64,000 nucleotides of DNA from an uncultured Ectothiorhodospiraceae bacterium (GTDB taxonomy: Bacteria; Pseudomonadota; Gammaproteobacteria; S012-40). Below, piece by piece: positions 1 through 10,456 of the stretch. Position numbers and translations under genes: made by a program. Each line of letters starts with the position of its first letter. Position 1 is the stretch's first letter. The stretch covers positions 8,323 through 72,322 of the forward strand of contig CALZHW010000001.1 in NCBI GenBank assembly GCA_945787125.1, read 5' to 3'. Below the pieces are notes generated by a model that saw only the letters and a program-made list of their open reading frames with translations, had not been told where the DNA came from and made no database searches.

Positions 1-439
1 CAGCTACTTTTTGCGCCAACACAAGGACTTCTTTGGTTGCAGCATCTTCTGCGACAAAATTCTCTGTATCCGTTTCACCAGCAACATAAAGACTGACCAT
101 ATTAACCAGCACTTCTGCCTCAAACGGTTTTACTAAATAATCCACCGCACCGTTTTGCATGACTTCCACTGCTTTCTGGATTGTGCCGTAAGCCGTCATT
201 AACACCACCGGAATATCAGGATGTGCTGATTTCATGCGTTTGAGCAGGGTCGCGCCGTCCATTCCATCCATTTGAACATCAGATACCACCATGCTGACGT
301 TTTCATTATTCAACATATCTAACGCAACATTGCCGTTATTGGCCTCCAGGATGGTGTAACCTGCGAGTTTTAATGTATCGCTTAAGGCTTCTCGCAAGTC
401 ATTGTCATCTTCAACAATCATTATGCTGGAGTGGCTCAT
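1..439 (-). CDS. fleR: sigma-54-dependent two-component response regulator (FleR/FlrC-type), N-terminal receiver domain; gene continues beyond window start
   Basis: Reverse-strand translation from ATG at 439 gives MSHSSIMIVEDDNDLREALSDTLKLAGYTILEANNGNVALDMLNNENVSMVVSDVQMDGMDG...LVKPFEAEVL, a CheY-like receiver with DD pair, phospho-Asp and conserved Lys. It sits immediately downstream of the fleS-like kinase, which matches the fleQ-fleS-fleR order. ORF is open to position 1. Confidence 0.7.
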   Translation of the reverse strand, partial: MSHSSIMIVEDDNDLREALSDTLKLAGYTILEANNGNVALDMLNNENVSMVVSDVQMDGMDGATLLKRMKSAHPDIPVVLMTAYGTIQKAVEVMQNGAVDYLVKPFEAEVLVNMVSLYVAGETDTENFVAEDAATKEVLVLAQKVA

Positions 440-462
440 TTAATAATTCCCTTGTGTTCTGG

Positions 463-1686
463 TTAGAATGATTGAAACGAATTTTTTACGCCACCAAACT
501 TTGGCAAACGTATGACGAAACTGGTACCCGTGTCATTACTGGATTCGACCCAGATGCTACCCGCATGATTTTCTATCACGGCTTTTGCTACTGCTAGTCC
601 TAGGCCCGTACCTTCCGATCGTGTGGTAAAAAATGGCTCGAATATTTTTTCTTGGTTTTCAGTGGAAATACCAGGACCATTGTCGTTCAATATAATATCT
701 ACTGCGGGTAAACCTCGAATTTGTTCAGCGATACGGGTGCGTATCGTCAACCGCCCGCCAACACCACAAGCTTGCATTGCATTACTGATTAAGTTTTGTA
801 ATACACCTAATAAGGCAGAGCGATTGGCCTGCAACATTTCCTGATTAGTGCTAGAAATATCAATGCTTAAGCAAGTTGCACTGGCAACAAGATGGGTTTC
901 CATGGCTGTTTTTAATTCATTAATCAAGTCACTAACGGAAAAAGTATCTTGGACGTGATCACCCGTGCGGCTAAATGAAAGCATGTCTTCAACCACTTTT
1001 TCTAAGTGCTGAAGTCTTGCCAATGCTTTCGAAACAAATTTTGTTCGATCAGCTACCTGCAAATCACCTTTCGCCAGATTCGATATATACAATAATGCAG
1101 AGGCTAATGGAGTACGAATTTGATGAGCGAGTTTGGCACTCATCTCTCCCATGCTAGATAGTCGCTGATGTCGCTCCAATGCTTGCTGTAGTAAACGAGT
1201 TTCAGTAACATCGACAAGTAAAATAATTTGTCCAGGCTCGTTACCCAGTGGGCAGGTTAACAAACTGACCACACGCCCATCTTTAAGCCGTGCTTCCTGC
1301 CCGGTTTGAAAACTGGGAGCAAAAGTGCGATCGATAATGTCACGCCATAACTCACCATCTAAGGGCTCATTAAGAAGTTCAAGCGCTGCTGGATTGCTTT
1401 GCTGAATACGCCCGCGAATATCAATAACGACAACACCGGCTGGTAAAGCAGATAATAATTGTGAGAGCCGATTGGCATAGCGTTCTTTCTCGCTAATTTG
1501 CAAATGGCTTTTGGAGCGTTCGGTCGCTAACTCCTGGGTGAGCGTTAGAATTTGTCTATCGAGATCTCGATAGGTTTCAGAAAGTTTTTCGGAACAGAGG
1601 TTAAACTGACTGAAGGCATCTTCAAGACTAGTAAGATCAAGCTGTTTGGTTGAATTGGTTTTTTGCACTTCTTGCTCCGTTGGCAA
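463..1686 (-). CDS. fleS: PAS-domain sensor histidine kinase (FleS/FlrB-type)
   Basis: 407 aa with H-box MGEMSAKLAHQIRTPLASAL (HisKA) and C-terminal HATPase_c G-boxes (NDNGPGIS, GTGLGLAV). Positioned between fleQ-like and fleR-like genes. Confidence 0.75.
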   Translation of the reverse strand: MPTEQEVQKTNSTKQLDLTSLEDAFSQFNLCSEKLSETYRDLDRQILTLTQELATERSKSHLQISEKERYANRLSQLLSALPAGVVVIDIRGRIQQSNPAALELLNEPLDGELWRDIIDRTFAPSFQTGQEARLKDGRVVSLLTCPLGNEPGQIILLVDVTETRLLQQALERHQRLSSMGEMSAKLAHQIRTPLASALLYISNLAKGDLQVADRTKFVSKALARLQHLEKVVEDMLSFSRTGDHVQDTFSVSDLINELKTAMETHLVASATCLSIDISSTNQEMLQANRSALLGVLQNLISNAMQACGVGGRLTIRTRIAEQIRGLPAVDIILNDNGPGISTENQEKIFEPFFTTRSEGTGLGLAVAKAVIENHAGSIWVESSNDTGTSFVIRLPKFGGVKNSFQSF

Positions 1687-1779
1687 TGCGACTTTCTAGT
1701 AGCATTGTTAGCGGAGCAAGAACTATGCCCGTGCATTGCTCTTTTAATTCAATAACTTAAAAGAGCTTTTTTCTTCATG

Positions 1780-3279
1780 TCAAACCCTTGACGGCTCAGG
1801 ATGACGTTGCAATCCATATTTACGGAGTTTCTCGACCAGCGTTGTACGACGCATTTTCAATCGCTTCGCGGCATGCGCCACAACCCCTTCGGCATCATCA
1901 AGCGCTTGTTTAATCAGGTTAAACTCCAGGTTACTGAGATGTTCTTTTAGATCTAAACCTTCACTTGGCAACCTTGGGTTTGAGGTCGGCGAAGAAAACA
2001 TTTCCACTGAACTAGCCGCAATAGCTTGACTGACTGCCAATTGCGCCTGCACCAGTTTACGTTCCTCAGCCACTTCATCTGCCATCACTACTTTGCCCTT
2101 GGGCTGAAATTTTTCAGGCAAATCAGCAATATCTACCACACCATAAGGATACATAATAACCAAACGCTCGATCAGGTTAGCGAGTTCACGCACGTTGCCA
2201 GGCCAACGGTACTGGCAAAGTGCCATAACTGTCCCAGGGGTTAATCGCACTGAGCCACGTTTTTCCGCTTCCATGCGCGCGATTAATTCATTCACCAACA
2301 ACGGAATATCATCAAGCCTATCGCGCAAAGGTGGCATCTCAATGGGAAAAACATTCAGCCGGTAATATAGATCTTCACGGAACTTTCCATCTCTAATTAG
2401 ATTTTCGAGATGACGATGAGTGGCCGCAACGATTCTGACATCTGCCTTCATGCTGCGATTGCTACCCACTCGCTCATAGGTGCGTTCTTGCAAAACTCTC
2501 AACAACTTAACTTGCATATGCAGGCTCATATCCCCGATTTCATCGAGAAATAACGTACCGCCCTCTGCCAGTTCAAATCGACCCTGACGCGCACTGATAG
2601 CGCCGGTAAATGCGCCTTTTTCATGGCCAAATAATTCACTTTCTAACAAGTCTGCCGGAATCGCACCGCAATTAACCGGTACAAATGGTTTGTTTCTGCG
2701 ACTGGAATTGTAATGCAGATTACGCGCAACAACTTCTTTGCCCGTGCCTGATTCACCGAGAATTAATACAGTAGCATCTGAGTCTGCAACCTGTGCCATC
2801 ATTTCGCGTACGGCGGTGACACTTCGGCTATTACCCACCAGACTTCTAAATAATTCTGTTGAGCGACTGTCTTTGGGTTTTTGTTGACTGATACGAAATA
2901 CCGTGGCTTGATGTAACACATCCGTTAACTGAACATATTTCAGGGGTAAGTCTATCGTGTTAAATGAATTCGACTGAATCGTCGTTTCAATGTCTGAAAT
3001 ATTTTTAGGGAGTTTCTTTAACTTTTCAACGAGTCGGATAATAGGTATGTCTTGATCAACCTCACGAATACCATCAAAAACTTTTTTCATGATCTCGTCG
3101 GAACCACAATCACCCAATAATACTGCCCCAAACGTATTGTTCGATTGCGTCACTGTTTCTTTCCAGTGACGACAATCCGTTATGCGTCCCTCTTGTTCAA
3201 CAAACTCCAGCACGCTCTTATAGATCTGGCGCTTTTGAGTGTCTTCTTCAATAATCAGCACTGTAGATGAATTCGACAT
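1780..3279 (-). CDS. fleQ: sigma-54-dependent flagellar master regulator (FleQ/FlrA-type)
   Basis: 499 aa with degenerate N-terminal receiver, AAA+ sigma-54 interaction domain (GESGTGKE Walker A, GAFTGA motif, DEIGDM Walker B) and C-terminal Fis-type HTH. First gene of the regulator triad. Confidence 0.8.
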   Translation of the reverse strand: MSNSSTVLIIEEDTQKRQIYKSVLEFVEQEGRITDCRHWKETVTQSNNTFGAVLLGDCGSDEIMKKVFDGIREVDQDIPIIRLVEKLKKLPKNISDIETTIQSNSFNTIDLPLKYVQLTDVLHQATVFRISQQKPKDSRSTELFRSLVGNSRSVTAVREMMAQVADSDATVLILGESGTGKEVVARNLHYNSSRRNKPFVPVNCGAIPADLLESELFGHEKGAFTGAISARQGRFELAEGGTLFLDEIGDMSLHMQVKLLRVLQERTYERVGSNRSMKADVRIVAATHRHLENLIRDGKFREDLYYRLNVFPIEMPPLRDRLDDIPLLVNELIARMEAEKRGSVRLTPGTVMALCQYRWPGNVRELANLIERLVIMYPYGVVDIADLPEKFQPKGKVVMADEVAEERKLVQAQLAVSQAIAASSVEMFSSPTSNPRLPSEGLDLKEHLSNLEFNLIKQALDDAEGVVAHAAKRLKMRRTTLVEKLRKYGLQRHPEPSRV

Positions 3280-3394
3280 ATGACTCCCTCGTTAATAAAA
3301 CGATTAATAATTTATACGATTCGTTTGCACAAACGCTAGATTTCACCTCTGGCTTATTCCACAGACTGTTTTTTTATTATTTACACAAATTATG

Positions 3395-3470
3395 GCGTTC
3401 AAATTTTTTCCCATAACCAGCGCCCGCATTGGCAATGCCTTATCGAGAGTGTTGAACTCCGATTCTGCGT
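3395..3470. repeat. Family-A MITE-like palindromic element, truncated copy
   Basis: ttcccataaccagcgcccg...ccttatcgagagtgttgaactccgattctg matches the left arm and right terminus of the full element at 3801-3996. Confidence 0.5.
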
Positions 3471-3800
3471 TATATAATGTGTCTGGTAAGCCATGCTCCC
3501 TACTGATGGCGTTAAGTAAAGCACGAAGAATATGTAATGTCAAAAAAACGTCGCCTAATTGACAGTTTTTTTCCTTTTAAATACAGAGCCTTATATTTAG
3601 CTATAGTATAAATCTTTGATTTTACGCAATTTATATAGCAACGATTCACTTCCTTTATTTTTAGCCTCACAAGCATTCAGTAAAACCTATTGGCTCAGTA
3701 AAACACTCAACTTGGCAGACTTGTAATATGAAAATGTAAACGGAATAAAGTGCAATTCAAAAGCAACTTATGGTTCATGCAGAGCAGGGGAATACAAGAA

Positions 3801-3996
3801 CTCACAATCAGAGTTCAAACTATTTCCCATAACCAGCGCCCGTAGCGGCAAAACCTCATCGAGAGACGCCGGGAATACCCCTATGTAGGCTTGACGGCAG
3901 CATCCATGTGGCACATAGGGCAACACTCTCGATAAGGTTTTGCCGCTACGGGCGCTGGAAAGAGGCACTTTTGCAGCCCTGAACTCCAATTGTAAG
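3801..3996. repeat. Family-A MITE-like palindromic element (~195 bp), full copy
   Basis: Terminal inverted repeats ctcacaatcagagttcaaac / gaactccaattgtaag. Internal long inverted arms ccagcgcccgtagcggcaaaacctcatcgagag ... ctctcgataaggttttgccgctacgggcgctgg. At least 12 further copies in the window. Confidence 0.8.
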
Positions 3997-4010
3997 TAAA
4001 AATCACTGGC

Positions 4011-5957
4011 ATGTTTCATGCTGAAAGCAATAACTTATTCCATCAATCAATTAAGCGAATGAAGAATCCTGCTTTGATAGAAACCGACGATATAGCAACC
4101 GCATATTCTTTTTTTCAACAAGGAGAGTTCGCGCAGTCGAATCAAATATGTCAGCATTTATTGCAAAATAATAACAATGACATCGACGCATTAAACCTGG
4201 CGGGCATCGTTGCCGATGCGCAGAATAAACAACTAGATGCCATAACGTATTTCAAAAAAGCCGTTGCTTTAGCCCCTAAAAACGCCCAGATCTTCACCAA
4301 CCTCGCCACAACCTTAATGGATCTGAACGAAAACAGTGAAGCTATACGTTATTTAAAACGCGCTATCAAAGCGGACAAATACTATGCCGAAGCTCACTAC
4401 AATCTCGGCAACGCCTATTTAAAAAAAAATAAAACCAGCGACGCCAAGAAGGCGTTGCTTAATGCTATAAAATATGACAAAAAGCATTTCAAAGCACTAA
4501 ATAATTTGGCAAACATTTATGAAACCGAAGATCAGCTGGAGATCGCAAAAAAATACTACAAACTATCACTGACTTACAATCAAAATTTTTCCATCGCACT
4601 AAATGGCCTAGGCTCTATTTACATACACCAAGAAAAACTCGACAAAGCCATCGAATGTTTTAGCAAGGCGCTAGCAGATGGCAATGAAGCACTCCCTGAA
4701 ACCCTCAACAGCCTGGGATACGCCTGGTTTAAACTCGGTAATATGGCAAATGCTGAAAAATATTTCTTACAATCGCTTTCTCTGACGCCAGACAACGTAT
4801 TACCTTTGAATTATCTTGGGCTAATACACCAGGAGAATCGAGCACATCAACAATCCATTGAGTCGCTAGAAAAAGCACTCGAGATATCACCTGACGACAC
4901 CCAACTCCTCAATAATCTCGGCCATGTTACACGAGAAGTTGGCCAGTTTACAAAATCAATTTCTCTGTTTGAAATGGCGGTAAATAAAAACCAAAACAAT
5001 GACTCCATTGACCGATCAATGGCGCTCAATAATCTGGCACTTACACAATTGTTAACTGAAGACTTTAAAAACGGCTGGGACAATCACCGTTTTAGACCCG
5101 GTGTTATTGAGGGAAACTCGTCTCCCTTCCCAGATAGAGACTCACTCTGCTTGACTGACAAAAAAATTCTTTGGCGAAAAGATCAAGGAATTGGGGATGA
5201 ACTGCTATTCTTACGGTTTGCACCGCTGCTCAATAGTATTGCCGCGAAATTTTCCTACCGTAGCTCAGAGAAACTTTATCCATTGATTAAAGACTTGAGC
5301 TGCTTTGAAAATGTGTATGCAAACGACAATATAGAAGACCAATATGACTATCAATTTTCTATTGGTGATATTGCCTATTTATTTGAACATCGCCATGCTA
5401 TTGATACACCACAACCCATAAAGCTAACACCTGACGCATCAACACTTACACGCATAAGGCAGACATTGAACCAATTCGGTTCGCCTCCCTACATCGGGTT
5501 CACCTGGCAAGCTGGTATTTTGAAAAATAACAAACGCGTTGGCAACTACCATAAAACTATAGATATCGAATACTTGATCAACTTATTGCGCCCAATAAAT
5601 GGCACACTCATCTGCCTGCAAGTTAACGCAAATAATGAAGATTTAAAGTATTTGTCGCAACAATTGAACCGACCCATACTCGACGCCTCGCCGTTTCACA
5701 ATCAATTAGAAAAAATGCTCTGTATTTTACAATTGATAGACGAATATTTTGCGGTGAGCAATACTTATGTTCACCTGCGAGAATCATTGGGCAAGTCATC
5801 TCATATCTTTGTTTCCAATCCACCTGAATGGCGCTGGCTTAGCAACATAGATAAATCTTACTGGCAGCCCAATAGCAAAATTTATCGACAAGCGATAGAT
5901 GGCAGCTGGCAAGACGCAATAAAGCACTGTAAACACACTATGCAGATAATAGATTAA
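4011..5957 (+). CDS. TPR-repeat protein fused to GT9 (heptosyltransferase-like) glycosyltransferase domain; putative flagellin glycosyltransferase, paralog 1
   Basis: 648 aa. N-terminal half has multiple 34-aa TPR units (AxxYxxLG patterns). C-terminal half carries GT9-like motifs (QGIGDELLFLRF N-lobe motif; VSNTYVHL..G..SHIFVSNPPEWRW resembling the DSGxMHLA.A.G C-lobe motif). Stop TAA overlaps ATG of the next paralog (TAATG at 5955-5959). Confidence 0.6.
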   Translation: MFHAESNNLFHQSIKRMKNPALIETDDIATAYSFFQQGEFAQSNQICQHLLQNNNNDIDALNLAGIVADAQNKQLDAITYFKKAVALAPKNAQIFTNLATTLMDLNENSEAIRYLKRAIKADKYYAEAHYNLGNAYLKKNKTSDAKKALLNAIKYDKKHFKALNNLANIYETEDQLEIAKKYYKLSLTYNQNFSIALNGLGSIYIHQEKLDKAIECFSKALADGNEALPETLNSLGYAWFKLGNMANAEKYFLQSLSLTPDNVLPLNYLGLIHQENRAHQQSIESLEKALEISPDDTQLLNNLGHVTREVGQFTKSISLFEMAVNKNQNNDSIDRSMALNNLALTQLLTEDFKNGWDNHRFRPGVIEGNSSPFPDRDSLCLTDKKILWRKDQGIGDELLFLRFAPLLNSIAAKFSYRSSEKLYPLIKDLSCFENVYANDNIEDQYDYQFSIGDIAYLFEHRHAIDTPQPIKLTPDASTLTRIRQTLNQFGSPPYIGFTWQAGILKNNKRVGNYHKTIDIEYLINLLRPINGTLICLQVNANNEDLKYLSQQLNRPILDASPFHNQLEKMLCILQLIDEYFAVSNTYVHLRESLGKSSHIFVSNPPEWRWLSNIDKSYWQPNSKIYRQAIDGSWQDAIKHCKHTMQIID

Positions 5958-8059
5958 TGCAGACTCAGCCACACAGTAACTCACACAGCAACATAGAGCT
6001 AGCGATCAAGCATTTAAGAGGCAACAATCTGCTACAAGCTGAGAGTTTCGCATTGGAACATATTGCGAACCACCCCGCCGATACTGTAATAGAGAAACTA
6101 TTGGGAGTTATTTACTTTCGGAAAAAAGACTTTAAACCGGCCATCGCATATCTAACATCCGCCATTGAGAAAACACCAGAAGATATTGAACTGCTCAACT
6201 TGCTGGGCTCGGTATATTTGGAAACGTGTGTATATGCAAAGTCTCTCGAATATTTTAGGCTGGCTTTAGCAATCAATCCTAACTATATTGACGCACAATT
6301 TAACTTAGGCCTGACATACTACAAAGAGCGGAAGTTTTCTGACGCCATATTAGCACTGCAAAAAACCCTCAATCTAGAAAAAAACAACATCCATGCAAAA
6401 TATTATCTTGCACTGTCTTTCATTGAGACTAATCAGTTATTACTGGGGCAAGAGATACTGGAATTACTAATAAAGGATAATCCAGAACGACAAAACATAG
6501 CCATTAGTTTATGCAAATACTACATCCAGCATAACAAACACATAGAAATAGACGCATTGATTTTATCACTCGATAATGACAACACAATGTTTAGTATTGC
6601 AAACTGCCTGCTGGAAAGTACGCTTAGAAAAAAGGCAATTCCTATTTATCAGGATCTATTAATTCACAGTAATGATAAATCATCAATTTTAAATAATCTG
6701 GCGATGGTTTATGACAAATTAAACCAAGCCGATATCGCATTGCCTCTATTTCAAGCGGCGATAGATGAAAAACCGGATTACATTGACGCACATAACAATT
6801 TAGGCCGTTTGCTAAGCGATATGAATCGTTTACCTGAAGCGCAAAAAATACTTCTAGATGCACTCTCGCTATCCCCTCGCCATACTAAAGCTCACATTAA
6901 TCTCGGTCGCGTTTATTACCTACAGAATAATTTGGAAAAATCAATTCAATGTTACCAAAAAGCCCTTGCTATCGAAGCAAATAATGCACTTGCACACTAC
7001 AATCTAGGAGTCTCTTATAACGCCATGGGATTGTTTGAACAGGCGATGGCAAGTTATATGACGTGTCTCAGTTTCAATGAGAATCACAATGATGCTGAAT
7101 TAAATCTTGGCATATGTGAACTAACCCTCGGCCAGTTTGCTAACGGCTGGGGTCATTACTTTCAACGCCACCGTTTTTTAAAGCATAAGGAAACGTTATC
7201 AACCATAAATCCAGGCAAAAACTACCAGGGAAAACACCTTTATTTCTGTTACAGCCAAGGAATCGGGGACGAACTCTTTTTCCTGCGTTTTCTTCCCCTG
7301 CTTAAGCAGCAAGAAGTATTCATTACCTATCGTTGCAGTCAAAAATTATATCCTTTGCTGCTTAAGCAGGCGCAGAACCCATTCATCGACAGACTCTTAA
7401 CGGAACACGAAAAAACACCTACATGTGACTACTATTTTACGGTTGATGATTTACCTTTAATTCTAGCGATGGATAGTGTTGAAAAAATTCCACCTAGCCT
7501 CAAATTTGATCAGCCAGACAAACAACTGATGGATAACCTCACGGCTGAATTTTCTGCGCTGCCACGCCCATTTATTGGCATTACATGGCGGGCCGGAACG
7601 CAACCAGAAGTCATCAACCATTACTCCAATCAAAATAATCTCAGTAAAATTTTCCCAATGAACAAGATGATAGATTTATTCAGGGGTTTAAAGGGAACGC
7701 TATTTGTATTACAGAGAAATCCAATGGTAGAGGAGATTGATCAATTAAAAAATAGCCTGCAGCAAGACATTGTTGATACATCTAACTACAACGATGATCT
7801 ATCCAGAATGCTGGGCTTACTAAACATTTTGGATGATTCAGTTTGTGTAAGCAATACTAATCTGCATTTGCTCGCCGCAATGAATAAATCAGCAAATGTA
7901 CTAATTCCTTACCCACCTGATTGGCGCTGGATGGATATCGAAACCTGTTCCCCGTGGTTCCCCGGTTTCAAGACCTTCCGTCAATTGAAAACTCAGAGCT
8001 GGGATGTTTGCCTACAACAATTAAAACACAAATTATTGGATTTATATGCCGTCGACTGA
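5957..8059 (+). CDS. TPR-repeat / GT9-like glycosyltransferase, paralog 2
   Basis: 700 aa with the same architecture and conserved motifs (QGIGDELFFLRF; VSNTNLHLLAAMNKSANVLIPYPPDWRW). Translationally coupled to flanking paralogs. Confidence 0.6.
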   Translation: MQTQPHSNSHSNIELAIKHLRGNNLLQAESFALEHIANHPADTVIEKLLGVIYFRKKDFKPAIAYLTSAIEKTPEDIELLNLLGSVYLETCVYAKSLEYFRLALAINPNYIDAQFNLGLTYYKERKFSDAILALQKTLNLEKNNIHAKYYLALSFIETNQLLLGQEILELLIKDNPERQNIAISLCKYYIQHNKHIEIDALILSLDNDNTMFSIANCLLESTLRKKAIPIYQDLLIHSNDKSSILNNLAMVYDKLNQADIALPLFQAAIDEKPDYIDAHNNLGRLLSDMNRLPEAQKILLDALSLSPRHTKAHINLGRVYYLQNNLEKSIQCYQKALAIEANNALAHYNLGVSYNAMGLFEQAMASYMTCLSFNENHNDAELNLGICELTLGQFANGWGHYFQRHRFLKHKETLSTINPGKNYQGKHLYFCYSQGIGDELFFLRFLPLLKQQEVFITYRCSQKLYPLLLKQAQNPFIDRLLTEHEKTPTCDYYFTVDDLPLILAMDSVEKIPPSLKFDQPDKQLMDNLTAEFSALPRPFIGITWRAGTQPEVINHYSNQNNLSKIFPMNKMIDLFRGLKGTLFVLQRNPMVEEIDQLKNSLQQDIVDTSNYNDDLSRMLGLLNILDDSVCVSNTNLHLLAAMNKSANVLIPYPPDWRWMDIETCSPWFPGFKTFRQLKTQSWDVCLQQLKHKLLDLYAVD

Positions 8060-9695
8060 CATGTTACAAGAAAAAATAATAGCACCCATCAATTTATTCC
8101 AACAAGGTAAATTGCAGGAGGCGAAAAAGTTACTAAAAAATGTACTTGAACTGCACCCTGGATATGCACATGCCTGGTTTATCCTGGGAATAATACACGC
8201 ACAACAGAATGATCTACAGGCTGCAGAAACGGCGCTAATAGCAGCAATCGATCGACAATCTATCTACCCTGAAGCATACAATAACCTTGGTGTAGTGTTT
8301 GATAAACTCGGCAAGTCGCACCAAGCCAAACAAGCCTATGAAAAAGCATTGCAGCAAAATCCTTCGTACTCACAGGCGCTTTACAATATCGCAAATATTT
8401 TCAAGGCGGAAGGCGCATTGGAAACCGCAATTTATTACTATCAAAAAGCGCTGAAAATCGACCCCCGATACGTAAATGCTTTAATTAACCTAGGAACCGT
8501 CTACCAACAGCGACGCAACTATGCAAAAGCTATCAGCTTGTTCGATCGCGCATTGCTTATCGACCCCAATGACCCGACCCTGCTGAATAATATAGGCTTA
8601 GCCTATTACTATAAATTTGAATACAATCAAGCACTCGATTATTATCAAAAAGCACTTCTTGCATGCCCTGGTTTACCTTCTGCGCTGCTAAATATCGCAC
8701 AAGTATTGCAATCCATGGAGGAATACCAAGCGGCCAAACAATATTTCGAGCGAGCAGCGCAAGACCCTGAACATAAAGAAGTTGCTCTAACGAATATCGG
8801 TTTAATGGAGCTGGGGTTATTGAATTTCGAAACGGGCTGGGATTTGTATCGAAATCGAAAAAGCATTAAAGAATTTACTGCTGATATTCCAACTATTTTG
8901 CCGACTGATTTAGCATCGAAAAACATACTTCTCTACAAAGACCAAGGGCTGGGAGACGAAATATTTTTTCTGCGATATGTCGCAATATTGCAGAAAGTTA
9001 ATACAAATCTCACCTATTATACAGACCCAAGACTGCAGACCATTTTGCAACGTTCACTTAATGATATCCAGATTACTAGCTTTGAAAAAAATTTTACGAA
9101 ATATGACCTAGTCATTCCTGTAAGTGAATTGCCACGATTACTTTGCAAGCAGATAAACGACCAAACACCTTGCTCAATACGTTTAAGTAACAACCCAAAT
9201 AATCAACAAAACATCGACAATGCCATGCCTAATAATGGTAAACGTAATATTGCCGTAACCTGGCAAGCAGGATCACCATTATTCAATCAGCTGTTTAAAC
9301 GAATTGAACCGGAAGAACTGGGGGTTATGTTAAAATATATTGACGCCAATGTATTAATTATTCAACGCGACCCAACAAAATCAGACATTAAAAAACTGGA
9401 AAAATCACTCGGTAGAAAAGTCTTTAATTTTTCCTATATTAATAATGATCTGGAAGATACCCTTGCATTTCTAACGCTCATTGATAACTACATAGCTGTC
9501 AGCAATACCAATGCTCACCTGTGTGCAGCACTGGGCAAGCAGGCGAACATTTTTGTGCCTTACCCCGCTGAATGGCGATGGACATTTTCAGAACTACAAA
9601 GCCCATGGTTTCCGAATTTTCCGCTCTACCGGCAAGATATTTCCGGCGATTGGCAAGCTGCCATTCAACATTGCTTCACTGATCTCAATCAATAA
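8046..9695 (+). CDS. TPR-repeat / GT9-like glycosyltransferase, paralog 3
   Basis: 549 aa with the same architecture (QGLGDEIFFLRY; VSNTNAHLCAALGKQANIFVPYPAEWRW). 14-nt overlap with paralog 2. Confidence 0.6.
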   Translation: MPSTDMLQEKIIAPINLFQQGKLQEAKKLLKNVLELHPGYAHAWFILGIIHAQQNDLQAAETALIAAIDRQSIYPEAYNNLGVVFDKLGKSHQAKQAYEKALQQNPSYSQALYNIANIFKAEGALETAIYYYQKALKIDPRYVNALINLGTVYQQRRNYAKAISLFDRALLIDPNDPTLLNNIGLAYYYKFEYNQALDYYQKALLACPGLPSALLNIAQVLQSMEEYQAAKQYFERAAQDPEHKEVALTNIGLMELGLLNFETGWDLYRNRKSIKEFTADIPTILPTDLASKNILLYKDQGLGDEIFFLRYVAILQKVNTNLTYYTDPRLQTILQRSLNDIQITSFEKNFTKYDLVIPVSELPRLLCKQINDQTPCSIRLSNNPNNQQNIDNAMPNNGKRNIAVTWQAGSPLFNQLFKRIEPEELGVMLKYIDANVLIIQRDPTKSDIKKLEKSLGRKVFNFSYINNDLEDTLAFLTLIDNYIAVSNTNAHLCAALGKQANIFVPYPAEWRWTFSELQSPWFPNFPLYRQDISGDWQAAIQHCFTDLNQ

Positions 9696-9778
9696 TCTTT
9701 CTGCCTACAAAACGTTTTGTAGGCATGCAAGCTGCATTGTATAACTACGTCTCATTAGATTATGCTATGGAGAATTAA

Positions 9779-10456
9779 TTGTTACGAGTTTTTATTGGCT
9801 ATGACCCGAGGGAGTCTATTGCGTTTAGTGTACTCGCTCATAGTATTCAACAACGCGCCTCTCAACCGGTTGCAATCATTCCGATTGCATTAAGTAGTCT
9901 AGGTGCAATATACACGCGTGAACGCGACCCACTCCAGTCTACAGATTTTTCTTTTTCGCGATTTCTAACACCCTATCTCTGCAATTACGAAGGCTGGTCA
10001 GTCTTTATGGATTGCGACATGATTGTGCTTGACGATATCGTCAAGCTATTTGATCACGCCGATGAAAAGAGCGCCGTTATGTGTGTCAAACACAATCATG
10101 TACCTATGGAGCAAGTGAAATTCCTGGGCGCCCCACAAAGTCGGTATGAAAAGAAAAACTGGACCAGCGTTATGTTATTTAATAATAAAAAATGCCGGAA
10201 ACTGACTCCAGAATATGTAAATGAGGCATCTGGCCTGGAATTACATCAATTTAAATGGCTAGAATCAGATGATTTGATTGGTAAATTACCAGGCCGATGG
10301 AATCACTTGGTGGGTTTTGACGAAACCAACAAGGAGGTATCTCTTGTCCACTTTACCACTGGCGGCCCCTACTTTAAAGAATATCGAGATTGTGAGTATT
10401 CTGAAGAGTGGCTACATGAATTAAAAAGTATGGAAAATTGCGAGCAACAAAAATGA
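9779..10456 (+). CDS. hypothetical protein, possible GT-A fold glycosyltransferase (GT8-like DxD motif)
   Basis: 225 aa, TTG start. FIGYDPRE...AFSV N-terminus and FMDCDMIVLDDIVKLFD resemble the nucleotide-sugar binding / DxD region of GT8-type transferases. Follows the three TPR-GT genes in the same orientation. Confidence 0.35.
   Translation: MLRVFIGYDPRESIAFSVLAHSIQQRASQPVAIIPIALSSLGAIYTRERDPLQSTDFSFSRFLTPYLCNYEGWSVFMDCDMIVLDDIVKLFDHADEKSAVMCVKHNHVPMEQVKFLGAPQSRYEKKNWTSVMLFNNKKCRKLTPEYVNEASGLELHQFKWLESDDLIGKLPGRWNHLVGFDETNKEVSLVHFTTGGPYFKEYRDCEYSEEWLHELKSMENCEQQK

Noticed and set aside
3768-4019. ORFs in the six-frame track (3343-3543, 3768-4019, 22511-22696, 34517-34759, 57639-57821) encoding a recurring peptide ...LGKVLPLRVLEGGTF... 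/ ...NSLNSD...
   Set aside because: They lie entirely inside copies of the family-A palindromic repeat. The conservation is nucleotide-level repeat identity, not protein-coding selection. They have no RBS or consistent start.
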